Assembly: GCA_951406725.2 (NCBI GenBank)
Contig: OX597825.1
Coordinates: forward strand, 31,062,001-31,126,000
Source: Octopus vulgaris
Taxonomy: Eukaryota
Direction: 5' to 3'
DNA length: 64,000 nucleotides
Shown: positions 27,518 to 41,156 of the stretch, piece after piece
Position numbering within the stretch: position 1 is the first letter of the stretch
How the letters are laid out: each line of letters begins with the position of its first letter
Position numbers and translations under genes: made by a program
Notes under the pieces: model-generated
What the model saw: the letters and a program-made list of their open reading frames with translations, nothing else
Told to the model about the DNA's origin: nothing
Database searches by the model: none

Positions 27518-27919
27518 GTTTGTGTGTGTGTATGTATGTTTGTAATGTATGTATAAATGTATCTGAATGTGCATATCATCATCATCATCATTGGTTTACA
27601 TCTACGCTGTCATGAGTTATATGGCAATATCTCACCACTTCCCTTCATACTTAAGCATGTAATACTCACTCACACTCATGGCATATATCTTTGCATTTCT
27701 CTATCCTTGTTTCATTTTCCCCAACCATATGGTTTTTATAGCCAAATGCTCTTTCTGTCATCGGTAACTTTATAGCATGGACACCATCTCCTGATGCTAG
27801 TGAAGTTGTCTTTCAGAATTAAACAGTCCCTTTTAATCATGATCAGTTTCTATCTAGAGTTACTGCTTTCTTAGGTGGACTACCATGTCTCCTATTTCAT
27901 ATATATATATATTTATTAT

Positions 27920-28160
27920 TTATGTGCCCTTTTCAAGCCTAGCCAGGCTCATGGGACCGGTTTCCCAGTTTCTGTGGCACATGCGTCCCCCCCCCCACAA
28001 GCTGCATGGGATGCCAGTCCATCGCAGCATTACTCAAGAAACAGGAAGATAGAGCAAGAGAAAGTTGGAGCGAAAGAGAACAACAGGGAGCACTCCCACC
28101 CCCTGCTGGGGCCTCGTGGAGCTTTAGGTGTTTTTGCTCAATAAACACACACACACACAT
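27920..28160 (-). mobile_element. SINE family D-related, 5' truncated
   Basis: ggctcatggg.ccggtttccc...cgtggagctttaggtgtttttgctcaataaacacac; homologous to 35502-35822. Confidence 0.7.
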
Positions 28161-29574
28161 ACAAACATGCATGTGCACCTGTTTTGAGATCACCAGTACT
28201 TTATTATCTCCCCTTCTACCTAGCTCTGCTGTCAAACTATTTTTTCCCAACAAGTCACCATGATTGATCCCTAAATCCACAATTTTTTTTTTTAATTCTC
28301 TCTCTGTTTATTTCCTCATATCCCTTTCTGCTTGAAAAATAAAAGACTTTCTCACTTTCCCAAGCGTCAAATTAATACACCTGCTTGTTGTTTATACACC
28401 TGTCTTCATCTTTTGTTTTTCTGTAAATTTCAACTATATATATATATGTATATATATATATATTCATACATCTGTACATTTTCAAAAATAGCTGAGTTTG
28501 AGGCAATGAAGTTGTCATTTTACTTCTCAACAGACCATTTACTGGCATCATGCCTTCAAAGATGTGTGAATAAGAAATTTCTTACTCGAAAGAGTAGATG
28601 TGGCTATTGAGATGAAGGGGATTTAGTTGTAAGATAATGCCTCAATAAAATATTCAGCTAACCCATACTAACATAGAAAAAAATAGATGTAGAAAGGAAC
28701 AAAGAAAAAATCATATATCATCTTCATCATCTTCATTATTTTAATGTCCACTTTTCCATATTTACATGAATAAGACAGAATTCCTTAGGGCATATTTTCT
28801 TTGGCCATTTGCCTTTCCTATTGCCAAGCCTCATCTGTCTCCAAATAAGTTAATAATTCCCCAGAGCAAGACATATTTTCATAGAAGATTGGAAATGAAG
28901 GACACTGTTTTTATGATGGTAACAAGGAAATTTGAAATAACAGGAGCGGTTTTAGCATCAAGCCAATGAATAATTATATTTTATGTCTTACATACACCTT
29001 TGCTCTAGTTTGTGTAGGTTTGTGTAGGTGAAAACAAAAGTAAGATACTCCCTATTCTCTCTTTCTAGCATACACCCACACATGCACACAATCTCATAAA
29101 CAAACACACATTCATACTTACATGTATGCACACACACACAATCACATACACAAACACACATTCATACTTATATGCACACACACACACACATACACACGTG
29201 AGTAGATAGAATCCTTTTGTAGTTATCCACAGCCGTGTGTACATGTGAATTTGTGAATTGCATGAGCATGCTATTTCCTAATCTCCAATCAATTACAATT
29301 CCACATAAGAGATAATTTAATTTTCTAACTTTATTATTATTAATTATTTAAATATGTGTAACCAAAACAAGTTGAATGAGTAGTTAAGGTATGAGACTTA
29401 TTAGTCATTGATTGCTGTGCCAATCAGAACATGGAGGCAGGGGAAACAATTCCACTGTTAGATGCCTGCCTATACATAACAGCTTCATAAAAGGAGCTTC
29501 AAGCTGACAGTGGGAGCCATCTTTACATAAGACTAAGGAGAAACAAGAGTTCTATTGATGCCCTAGTATGCAAC

Positions 29575-30115
29575 CATCATCATCATCATCATCATCATCA
29601 TCGTCGTCGTTTAATGTCCGCTTTCCATGCTAGCATGGGTTGGACGATTTGACTGAGGACTGGTGAACCAGATGGCTGCACCAGGCTCCAATCTTGATCT
29701 GGCAGAGTTTCTACAGCTAGATGCCCTTCTTAATGCAAACCACTCCAAGAGTGTAGTCGGTGCTTCTCCATGCCACCAGCATGAGGGCCAGTCAGGCAGT
29801 ACTGGTAATGGTCATGGAAATCTTTTTTTTTTTTTACGTGTCACCTGCACACCGGCACAAGTGCAAGTAAGGCGACGCTGGTAACGATCACGCTCGAATG
29901 GTGCTTTTTACATGTGACCGGCACAAATGCCAGTTAGCTGCTCTGGCAATGATCAGGCTCAAATGGTGCTCTTAGTGCTCCACTAGCACAGATGCCAGTT
30001 ATTGAATTTGATTTCATTTCCGATTTCCCTTACCTCAACAGGTCTTCGCAAGCAGTGTCCAATAAAGGGAAGGTACACATAAGTGGGCTGGTTACGCCCC
30101 TGGCTTAGGCTACAA
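29575..30115 (-). mobile_element. RTE LINE 3' UTR fragment with internal ~60-bp repeats
   Basis: (CAT)n tail, tttccatgctagcatgggttggacg..., repeated ggtgcttttta...gcac units. Confidence 0.8.
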
Positions 30116-30811
30116 GGTTATGCAACCCTTGCATTCAAACATATGGAAGAATACAACACTGACAAAGAATTTAAATTCTTTACTGGTATGTTCGAGTTTC
30201 TGGCAAGAACTTATAAACCAATATTGTCATGTTTCACCTAGCTGCTAATTACAGGAATAACAAAAACTGATTCATCCTTTTAGAATTCTCCAGACAATTC
30301 AGTTTGCCCAGCCTTAGAAACCAGATCTTCATTTTGTGTGTTTGTGATTACAAAAAGTGATTACTGATTCACATTAAACTCTTCTCATACAGGGTATCCA
30401 TCACTAAGTTAACGCCTTCCTTAGCTGAGAGGGATTCTTATCAGTTAAAGATAACTTGATTTTTTAGGCTTTGTTCTTTCTGCACATTGTCTTAAGATAT
30501 TTCTAAATATGAGATAGCTTCATTTATTCCACATGGATAATGCTTCTAAGAAATATATTAAATTTTATATTTCTTGAAGTTTTGTCTGTTTACATTCCCA
30601 GGAATCCTTACATATTTGCATCAGAAATAAAAGTTGGAAAACAAATAATTACAGTAAATCTGAAAATAAATGACATTTTGCTTGCAATAAATAAATGATT
30701 AAATAACATAAACACACAAAAACTTTTCACTTGAAATGAATATTTAAAAAATAGCAAAACATTTTAATCTGTGTGATTAAAATTCATGAACAGATATATA
30801 CATATATATAC

Positions 30812-30858
<47 letters not shown>

Positions 30859-31830
30859 GTATATATTTAAATGTAGTAGTAAAACAAATCAGAAAATTAG
30901 AACCACCAAAACAGCCATCAATAGCTGATTCACTACCTAATATCAGACACACGAAAAAAAAATTTCCAATTTAAATACTTTTAAATTTCTAAATATTGCT
31001 TGATTCCGAAAGATGATTACCTTCTTACGTCGAGTAATTCATTCATTGTTGGTTAATGAGAAAATAAGGCAAAAATAAAATACCTGAATCACATTAATTA
31101 AACACTCACACACACACAAACACACACATACACACACACACACAGACACACAAACACACATACAAAGACACACACACATACACACAAGCCATCTGAGAGA
31201 TAGAGAGAGATCAATTGTGCTTATTCGTTTCTGAATTCTTTCATTATTTGCTTAGCAGTCTCAAAGCCATTCATTACACTCCTGTGAACTGTTCATTCAT
31301 CTAATGTAAAACTTAAGAACCGACTGTCTGAAAACTCATCCGTTTGAGCAGATTTGGTGAACAGGTCACAGGAGTGTGACAAAAGACTTTGATGTTCATA
31401 TAAGCAAATAAAAGCAAAGCATTAACAAATGAATAAACACAATCGGTCCATTTCTGGGTATGTATGTATGTATGTGCATATGTATGTATGTGAATGGGTT
31501 TGTGAATGTGTATGTGTATGTCTCTGTGTGTCTGTGCGTGTGTGTATGAAGGTGTGTAGTAATGTTTGTGGAATAATTATTAGCAACGATAACTCTTCCA
31601 AAACACAACAATATTGGTTACAACACACAGAGTTCAGAGCTTTCAGATCAAAACCCTTGCTAAATGTATACAGGAATGAAATATTTCAAACACAAGTTTT
31701 AAACTCCAATTCATATGGTATAAGTCATATGAGCCAAGTGTATGAAGTAAAAGAAAGATGAAGAAATGAGCTTTCAAACACTGATCTTTCTTCTGTCTTT
31801 CACTCTTTTTGTCAATCATTCACCATATAT

Positions 31831-32230
31831 AAGCGCAGGAGAGGCTATGTGGTAAGTAGCTTGCTTACCAACCACATGGTTCCGGGTTCAGTCCCACTGC
31901 GTAGCACCTTGGGCAAGTGTCTTTTCCTATGGCCTCGGGCCAACCAAAGCCTTGTGAATGGATTTGGTGGACGGAAACTGAAAGAAGCTTGTTGTATATA
32001 TATATAAATATATATAAAGGTATGTGTGTCTGTGTTTGTCTCCCCCTCCCCCAACATCGCTTAACTACTGATGCTGGTGCATTTACATCCCCGTAACTTA
32101 GCAGTTCAGCAAAAGTGACTGATAGAATAAGTACTAGGCTTACAAAGAAAAAGTCCTGAGGTCGATTTGCTTGACTAAAGGTTGTGCTCCAGCATGGCCA
32201 CAGTCAAATGACTGAAACAAGTAAAAGAGA
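31831..32230 (+). mobile_element. SINE family A, full length
   Basis: Colinear with 11297-11825. Confidence 0.9.
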
Positions 32231-33552
32231 ATATATATACATGTGTGTGTGTGTGTGAAAATGTGTGTATGTATATATACTTATAAAATATGTATACACA
32301 CACACACACACATTAATGTAAATGAGGACACAATTTGCACCCATAAAAATTCCAGCCATTGCTGACCATAATTTGAAATTTGCAGCTGAAATAAATAGAA
32401 AAGCCTATGATCTGTCTGCAAAAAGAAATATCTAAAGTAGGATAGTTTCCTATTAAAATGATGCACTAGCTAAATGAAACAACAGTGAAAAACTAGTTTA
32501 TATGGACAAGACTTCGCCTATCACAAAGCTGAGTAGAACCAAGAAATAGAACGCAATCTGGTTTATCAAAAATATAACTAGAATTTTCTTAATTCCTATA
32601 AGAAATCATTTACCATCCATGTGATGTACATCTTAAACTTTTCAACTAACATAATGTCAAAGTAAGTTGTTCCTGTATGAACAACATATATTTTTATTTC
32701 CCAGATCATATACTACAATTGTAAATGCACCTAACACAGCCACAGCATCATGGAAACATTTATCTCATATACAAAGTAACCATTATACCTTCAGATAGCA
32801 CTGAAAGTCAAACTGAAGCAACTTCCAGGGGACAGAAAAAAACTCAAATTTCTGTCACAGTGACACATACCTGAGCATCTCCTATAGAATATGTAACATT
32901 CCTAAAAGACTGCCCATTATTTGAAGTAACCAGAAATCTCTTAACTGGAGATCAGAAGCACTGCCTGCTGCTGTCAGGAGAGGTTGCTCTTGGAAAATTT
33001 CCAACTACTTGAAGGTCACAATTCATAAACACAGGCTATCAGCCTTGCAGTGCAATTGCCCATAACATCAACAGCCGTAATGGGGAACCTCTGCTGATTA
33101 GGAACCTGTAATTGCTCTTGATAACGATAAGCATAATTAGAAACCTGTTGACTATTCTATAAATCTGCAAAAATCTAATCATTTAACCTACTTTAACAAA
33201 TGAGAATCAATCTCACAAGTTCTATCCAGGCATAAAACATTCTAGTAAATTTTAAATTTACTTACAATATAGTCTGGAAAATCACATGCACATGCCTTTT
33301 GTTTGTTTGTTTGTTTGTGCCCATGTGTGTGTGTGTGTGTGCTGACTGTGCTGGGCGTATGTGCATGAGTGTATCTTATTATTAAAAATTAAACAGAAGT
33401 TACAGAGTGCCAAGATATTTGTGTATTGACAGCTGCCAATGCATGAAACTTTTAGTCCTTGAATCACTCTGTAATTTCAGCTGATTATTAATAATAAATA
33501 AATACATATATCCATCCATCCATCCATCCATCCATACATACATACATACATA

Positions 33553-33711
33553 TATATGGACAATGGACGTTAAATGATGATTATATATATACATATACAT
33601 ACATACATATGTATATATATATGGACAATGGACGTTAAATGATGATTATATATATATACATATACATACATACACACATATATATATGGACAATGGATGT
33701 TAAAAATGATG

Positions 33712-33720
<9 letters not shown>
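33553..33720 (+). repeat. Three tandem copies (~65-bp period) of tatatggacaatggacgttaaatgatga plus TA/CA
   Basis: Directly visible; the unit includes the extreme 3' end of the RTE tail. Confidence 0.8.
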
Positions 33721-33760
<40 letters not shown>

Positions 33761-34339
33761 CATTTACATACATGCATGCATGCATACATACATACATACA
33801 TACATACATACATGCATACATACATACATATATGCTCATGTTTGAATTCTATTTTCCTGTAGCCTCACCAAACCTATATGTATGTATAGGTTAAGAGAGA
33901 CCACTTCATACAATTTGTGATTAGAGGCAAACAGCAGCTTGCTAGTCATTGACAATGGCTGTAGAATATTTGCATATCACATGAATGATTAATGTCCATC
34001 TCAGTAGGGATCTGAAGCAAGTCAAATTGATGCTAAGTTATCATATCCAGAGAAAGGTTAAAGGTTCATTTACAATTATCAGAGCTGCAAAATCAAAGGT
34101 CAAGACCTCTGAACCTTTCGTGCTGTGTTCCCAGTAGAGCAGGAAAAGCTTAAATGTAATCTTTGCTGGACTCCCTTTAAAGCAGTTATGAACAACGTAT
34201 GTAGATAAAGGAGATGAAACACTAAAAATCGACAACCAGTCTTGTTGCCACTTTGTAGCCAAAGATGTTTATTACTTATTGTTATTGGTGTCCCCCCAAG
34301 TCGTTGTTTACTTTTGTTTGAAAAAAAAAAATGGAAAAA

Positions 34340-34621
34340 AAAACCCGGGATTTTTGAAATGAAACAAGAATGTGATGAACCCAGCGCTTATTTATTCATG
34401 ATGTTTATTCTTAGGATGAAGACTTTATCCTTAGACAGACAATGAGAGTGATTCAGATAATCAAAGTGGTGAAAGTAGAGATTTCAGTAAACAAATACAG
34501 CAAGTTAAGAGAGAGGCCTATCATTGTCCTTCTCTTGATTCCTTTTTTTATTTTTTTTGTGACTCTGTCCATTAGTCTACCTGCAATGAACAAATGTGGT
34601 AGTTTAGGGAGAGGCCTATTA

Positions 34622-34666
<45 letters not shown>

Positions 34667-34799
34667 GTCTCCTGAATTTTTTTGTGATTTTGTCCATCAG
34701 TTTGCCTGTAATTGTTACTCTTGAGCTGTGTATAGGTTTTTGCTCGGAGCCCAGGTTAAGGGTAAATTTAGATACAGGGACTGGGTCTGAAAGGGTTAA
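34340..34799 (+). mobile_element. Possible piggyBac-derived fragment
   Basis: Acidic DEDFIL..TDNESDSDNQSGES stretch and a terminus ...ctgaaagggTTAA; no matching left TIR found. Confidence 0.25.
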
Positions 34800-35501
34800 C
34801 TCTCATTAGTCCACTACACCCAACAGTAAATAGATTCGATATAGCAGTAGGTGCAATAGTTAAATAATATAAGTGTTTTGTAAAGTCGTGATTCCTATGA
34901 TGGAATATGTCGTAAAAAGTAAATATCTTCAAAGCTCCTGAAGAATTTTTGAGGACTGTTATTTGAATTGTTCTACTTTTACAGTGTTCCTCAATTCCTT
35001 CCTTGCACTTGCTTTTCCTACAGTTGTTGACTAGAAACTGCTCAAGAACGACATTAACAGTGTTAATCTCACCGATCTTGGAAATGCTGTGAAGACTGTG
35101 AACACAGTTTTTACGATTCCACAGTAATCCAAGAAAGAAAATTATCAGCAAAAAAAAAATAAATAAATAAAAAAAGGAAAAAGAGAAAAATATTTGGAAA
35201 ACAAATCTTTTTCTGATGGCATTCAAAGCATATCTGATAACATTTTGTGATCTTGTTTATATTTTAACAGTTATGCAGACTGCAGCACACAGAATCAAGG
35301 ATAATATTCAAATACACACCAGAGTAGATGGAAAACAAATATTCTTAATCTCAATGACTAGGCAATCCAGGGGCGTAGAATTAAAATGAATTGCCCAAGA
35401 CAAATTCCTCAGAGAGCATTCTCATGCCTATTCTTGAGAACTAGGTAAACCTTACTACATGAATTAACACAGGTGTAATGCCTGCAGTGAATTTGAACTT
35501 G

Positions 35502-35822
35502 TTTGTTTTGTTTTGTTTTGTTTGTTCCTTCTCAAGCCATGCCTGGCTCATAAGGGCCGGTTTCTCAGTTTCTTGGCGTATAGGTTCCCCACCTAGATGG
35601 GACGCCGGTCCGTCGCAGGTGAGCTGCAAGATGCAGGAGGAAAGAGTGAGAGAAAGTTGTGGTGAAAGAATCAGCAGAAGTTCACCATTACCTTCTGCCG
35701 GAGCCGCGTGGAGCTTAGGTGTTTTCACTCATAAACACACACATCACCCAGTCTGAGATTCGAACCCACGATCCCTTGACCGTGAGTCCACTGCTCTAAC
35801 CACTAGGCCATGTGCCTCCACA
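35502..35822 (-). mobile_element. SINE family D (tRNA-derived), full length with TSD
   Basis: Reverse complement of 56325-56624; flanked by aatttgaacttg at 35490-35501 and 35822-35833; (AAAC)n-type tail. Confidence 0.9.
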
Positions 35823-38147
35823 ATTTGAACTTGCTACCTATGGATTGATATTCCAGCACACTATCTACTTGACCATGCCATTTCTACTTTATACATATCA
35901 TTGGCCCTGAGTACACATTAAAGAGGTAGATGAATGATGTTGTCATCATCTATTTCATCATTGTCATCACGTCTGTTTCTCCAAGCGGGGTTGGCTTTGA
36001 AAGTGCTACCATACAGCATATCATCCCTAGTGTCACTCTAATGATACATCATCAGTGAAATCCTGAGATTTTACCAGTCATGATGTGATAATCACACATA
36101 AATGGATGTATTTAATAAGGAAAATTAAAACAGCCAATATAATTTATCACACCATATCCAAGAGGGACATATAAATAACAAGAGACAGACTGATTAATTT
36201 CTTTTCCCTTTTTAATTCTTTTTTTTGCTGCACCTTTAGATTAAGATGAGTGATATTGGAATAAGAAATTTTTTGCAATTATTTACATTTTTTTACCCCA
36301 AATTCCCTCACCTATTTTTTTACCAACGAATATATTAGTGTATTTATTGTTAAAGATGCCATCATTAAACTATGTTATTCAGTAGACACTAATGCATTTA
36401 AAGAAGACATGAATAGTAATCTAATTAAAGGCTTTGAATAACAGAAGTAATTACGATTAGTTTAGTGAGGCTTGAACTATTGTAAAGAAGTTGGTAGCAA
36501 AAGTTGGCTTATCTTTCATAGATATAATAAGCTTGTTCAGGAGAGAATTTTATATTGAAGCCATAAAAAAATGTAGTTGGGGAGGGAGCAATTCTTTGGT
36601 CTATTTTACTTCCTTTATCATTTTATATCCACACTGTAGTCTTTAATTACATGATTAGCGAACATCTAAATATTCTCCCCTTGGCATTCACCTGATGCAT
36701 GTGTGTAGCTAACTATTCAACAACTAACTGTCAGCTCCTTGGTCAGCCTTTTTCTTTAAGCAATTGTAAATATAAGAAGCTAACCTTCCAACACCAACAA
36801 CGACAGCATCACAAAATACAAAAACAACACAAAATAATGATCTGTTGAAATGAGTCGCTAATTGGAAAAAAATAAATACCAAAAAGATGTAATAATGTTA
36901 ATATTGTTGACTAAAGTCTCAGCATGGTCACAGTCAAATTACTGAAATCAGAAAAAATAATAAAGGAATATAGGCTGTATCCAAGGAAGAAATTCTAGAT
37001 GAGTTAGCAACAAAACTTCGAAATGAGTGACTTTAGTGTATACATCACAATAACAGGTTTTAGTGAGCTGGGAAGATGACAGGACTTTATAACCATGTTT
37101 GCTATGAAGCAAAGAAATGGGTCAGAATAGAATATGGTATATCCAATATGAAGTATGAGTGCATAAGAAGTAGAATGAGATCATGGGACTTTGTAAGTAG
37201 TAGATACATAATCGTAGTTAGCAAAGAAAAAAAAAAAGGCAGGAAGTTTCCCAAGAAGTAGTTAACAGTTTCTACAGTGATGGTGGGTCTAGTGGAAGCA
37301 AGAACTAACAGGATTCCCTCTCTGAGTGGAGGAAGATTGTATGGCACTTGAATCCTGAAGAGTAACAGTATAAGGTACTGAAACACAAGCAGTGGCTGTG
37401 GGTGGCTGTAAAGCTGGAAAGAAATGAAGCTAGGGTACTTCAAATAAGGGAGTAATGGTAGGATAAATAAAGAAAGGAGAAATAGCAAGGGAAGATAAAT
37501 CTGGATATAAGTGGAAACAGCTGTAGAGATCAAGAAAGGAGACTATGTTCATAGGACAAATGATGTGTGTAAATGATAAAACCAGGGAGTAAAACAATAG
37601 CAAATGATAAATGCAGAAGGAATCTGTAAAAGAGGAAGAGCAAAGAATATAGGGAAAGAAATGATGAAAACTGATATCAGGATGTTGAACTTCAAAATAA
37701 AGATTCTAAGGGACTAACCACAAGAAGTGGTGAGAGACTGTTCAGGAGAAGGCTCACTCAGATGATGGAAAGCTCATAGAAGCAATGTAGTTACATACAC
37801 ACACACACATGTATATATGCACACATGCAAACATATACATAGATAGATACACATATGTATAGATACAGATACATATACATATATACATATGCATATACAG
37901 AGATGCATATACATATATATATATAGAATACAGTGTACATTCAAACACATAAGAGATGGCCAGTGATAGGACATCTGACTTACTAGAAAGAGCAGTTAAA
38001 ACTCTAAGCCACAAATAGTTGCAGTTCTGAAAGGGAATGAAAAATGAAAACATTTACCCTATTTTTACCCTAAAATATATATATATAGATTTACAAATAC
38101 ATTATATATATATGTGCATAAACACACATCTCTCTCTCCCTCTCTGT

Positions 38148-38182
<35 letters not shown>

Positions 38183-39099
38183 TGTAGATAGTTAGAGTAA
38201 ATCCTAGCTGTTTCCTCTTGAAGTACATCTGCATCTTCCAGTATTGCAATCCAACATTGAGTCTTATGTTACTGCAAAATACATATCACAATTGATATTT
38301 ATGGAAATATCATTTGCAGAGTTACTGTATAACAAAACAAGAAATTAGAGATTTTTTGGTATTGTTTGTACACCATTACACATATTTCATTTGCTATTTG
38401 AGTTACAAAGTTTTAACGCACTGCATACACATGTAAGGGATTCCCCATAAGAAATTCTTCAATTTGAAATCAGTTTCTGTCTGAAGAATTTCTACATGTC
38501 TATGCTACATTTAAAACTTTGTAATTCCTATTAGCAAATGAAACATCTGTAATGGTGAATTAATAATACTAAAAAATTTTCAATTTCTTGTTTTATTATA
38601 TATATCAAAGAGAGAGAGAGAAGTGAAGAAAGACATATATATACCTATAAGATTTAGATAGATAGATACATTTATATATATATACACACACATATACACA
38701 TGCATATACACATACACGCATGACTATAAATATAAATGTACACACACACACACACACACACGTGCATACACACATGCACAACTTATGAATATACATGGTT
38801 GGAAATAATTCATCAGCTTCTTAATTAGTTTACAATTATGTGTGTGTATAGACAATTAATGAGACAGACAACCAGCGAGAACCAAGTTAGACATAGATAG
38901 CAAAGCCAAAACAATGTCGGTGGGGTAAATGATTCAACTAATTAACTAATCAATGAAATAATTGATTAATTAAACTTCAGTCGTCATGTCAAAATATTTC
39001 AAATAAATCAAGGCAATTTATAGATGACAGCACAATTTATTTTTAGTTGCATCTTGGTCTCACGGGGATTCGATATATATGTGTTTGTGTGTATGTACA

Positions 39100-39148
<49 letters not shown>

Positions 39149-39819
39149 CTGTGTGTGTATGTATGTTTATATGCTGGCCATCAATTTTGCTTCACTTAAT
39201 GACTTCAGACTAGTAATAGGTTGTTTATGCATTCCGTAAGAATATATATTGTCCATAACTTTGGTTTGTTAGTTGATATGTGAGATAAGCAATCCTGATA
39301 AGTTCTAGAGAAAAACAAGCCAATTGTGGCTGCTTGATTCCTCCATTCCAGCCACTAAAAATCTGTGATTAATCACAGATTATATTTTCTCTGTAAAAAC
39401 AAATATGTGATTTGCTTACATGTTTCTATTTAAAAGAACACTGAACTGATATATTAGTAAATATATAAATACATACACACACGCACACACGTTCACATGC
39501 ACACACACACACACAAACAGCTGAAAATGAAAACTTAGAAATACAATTCCTCGTAAGTGTGTTAACATGGATCTCCTAAAGACAAAGTAAACTTCATTTA
39601 GTCAAGATACCTTTGGCCTGAAGAGTAGCCAGTGGTACACACTATGCTTGGACATTTACCACTTCAAAGGTTCCAGATTTGAAACATATGTAGCCCAGAT
39701 TTTCTCTATTCTATTCCTTAGCTCTTGGATTTATATATATTTATAAGCAATATTCTTATATACATTTATATGCATATTCCATCTCCCATTTTCCATTTGC
39801 CATGTATATATATATATAT

Positions 39820-39992
39820 CGTTAGCCACTACACACATTTTTTTCACTCCTTGTTTTTCTGTGTCCCTTACTGTAGAAGAGTGTAGGCTTGAAACGTAAA
39901 AGACTTTTTCTATTCCTGAGTGTTATACTAATACATCTGTTTGTTTTGTACACCACCTGTCTTCGTCTTTTGTTTTTTTCGTAAACTCTCCC

Positions 39993-39993
<1 letters not shown>
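39820..39993 (+). repeat. (TA)n-embedded interspersed repeat with a hammerhead-like variant
   Basis: ctta-ctgtaga-agagtgtaggctt-gaaa-cg-ta-aaag; paralogous to 4345-4533. Confidence 0.6.
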
Positions 39994-40054
<61 letters not shown>

Positions 40055-40070
40055 CACACACACACACATA

Positions 40071-40190
40071 CAGGTACAGATGTAGCTGTGTGATAAGATG
40101 CTTACTTCCTGACCACATGGTTCCAGAAACTGAAAGAAGCCAATTGTGTATGTGTGTGTGTGAGTGTGCATGTGTGTGTAAGTGTATGTA

Positions 40191-40242
<52 letters not shown>

Positions 40243-40470
40243 TGTATGTGTATGTGTGTGTCTGTGTTTGTCTCCACCGCCATTGCTTGACAACCAGTGC
40301 TAGTGTGTTTATGTCCCTGTAACCTAGCGGTTCAGCAAAAGAAGACCAATAGAATAAGTACCAGGCTTACAAACAATAAGGCATGGGGGTCGATTTCTTC
40401 AATTAAACCCCTATAAAGTGGTGCTCCAACATGGCCACAGTCAAATGACAGAAACAACAGAAAAAAAGAA
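40071..40470 (+). mobile_element. SINE family A with internal deletion
   Basis: The head jumps from ggttccag directly to aaactgaaagaagcc; normal 3' half. Confidence 0.8.
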
Positions 40471-40697
40471 TACAGTATTACTATTTAATATATTAAATAT
40501 TAATATACCCACTCTATTGACAAATATACAAGTGCCTGGCTTTCTAATTTATGGATTTTTAGCACACCACATGTGTACACACACCTACATATACACACAC
40601 ACACACATACACACACACCCACCTATATACATTTGTGTGTGTGTGTGTTTGTGTATTAGGGCAAAAATGCTCATTCATATGTCCACTTTCGGCCATA

Positions 40698-40751
<54 letters not shown>

Positions 40752-41156
40752 ACCTTTTAGCACATGTTTTCCTCTCAGACTTTCATGCAGCTTATTCCAG
40801 TGTTTGGTTATTTTTGGCACCCATGATATGCACAACTAAGCTAAGATAATTCTCTCGCTTTTAGATCGCTTTATTCATTCATTCATCTAACCTGCAATAT
40901 TGCTAATATGTAGTTTTGTAAACCATTTATTTAAATTAATGCTTCATATAACTTCCAAATCGTAATCTTTCTCAGTCTTAGTTTTTCTCCTTAATTCTTC
41001 ATATAACTCCCAAATTGAATTCTCTCTAAAACCTCAGTTTTTATCTCATTATGTTTTCACGTTGGCTAAATATTTTCATACTAACTCTAAAATAATCCTG
41101 CCTTGTTCGTAATCCACTAACCCATTCCCACCCCCACCACCAATACCGGAAATCTT

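Noticed and set aside
37950-38030. Strong minus-strand acceptor (ttttcattccctttcag) with downstream gtaagt
   Set aside because: The translation (NCNYLWLRVLTAL) matches nothing I recognise and the other frames are closed; likely a cryptic site.
41041-41075. Minus-strand peptide SQRENIMR resembling DPH5 ENLMR
   Set aside because: No GT donor, an immediate stop, and no DIKVKE motif.
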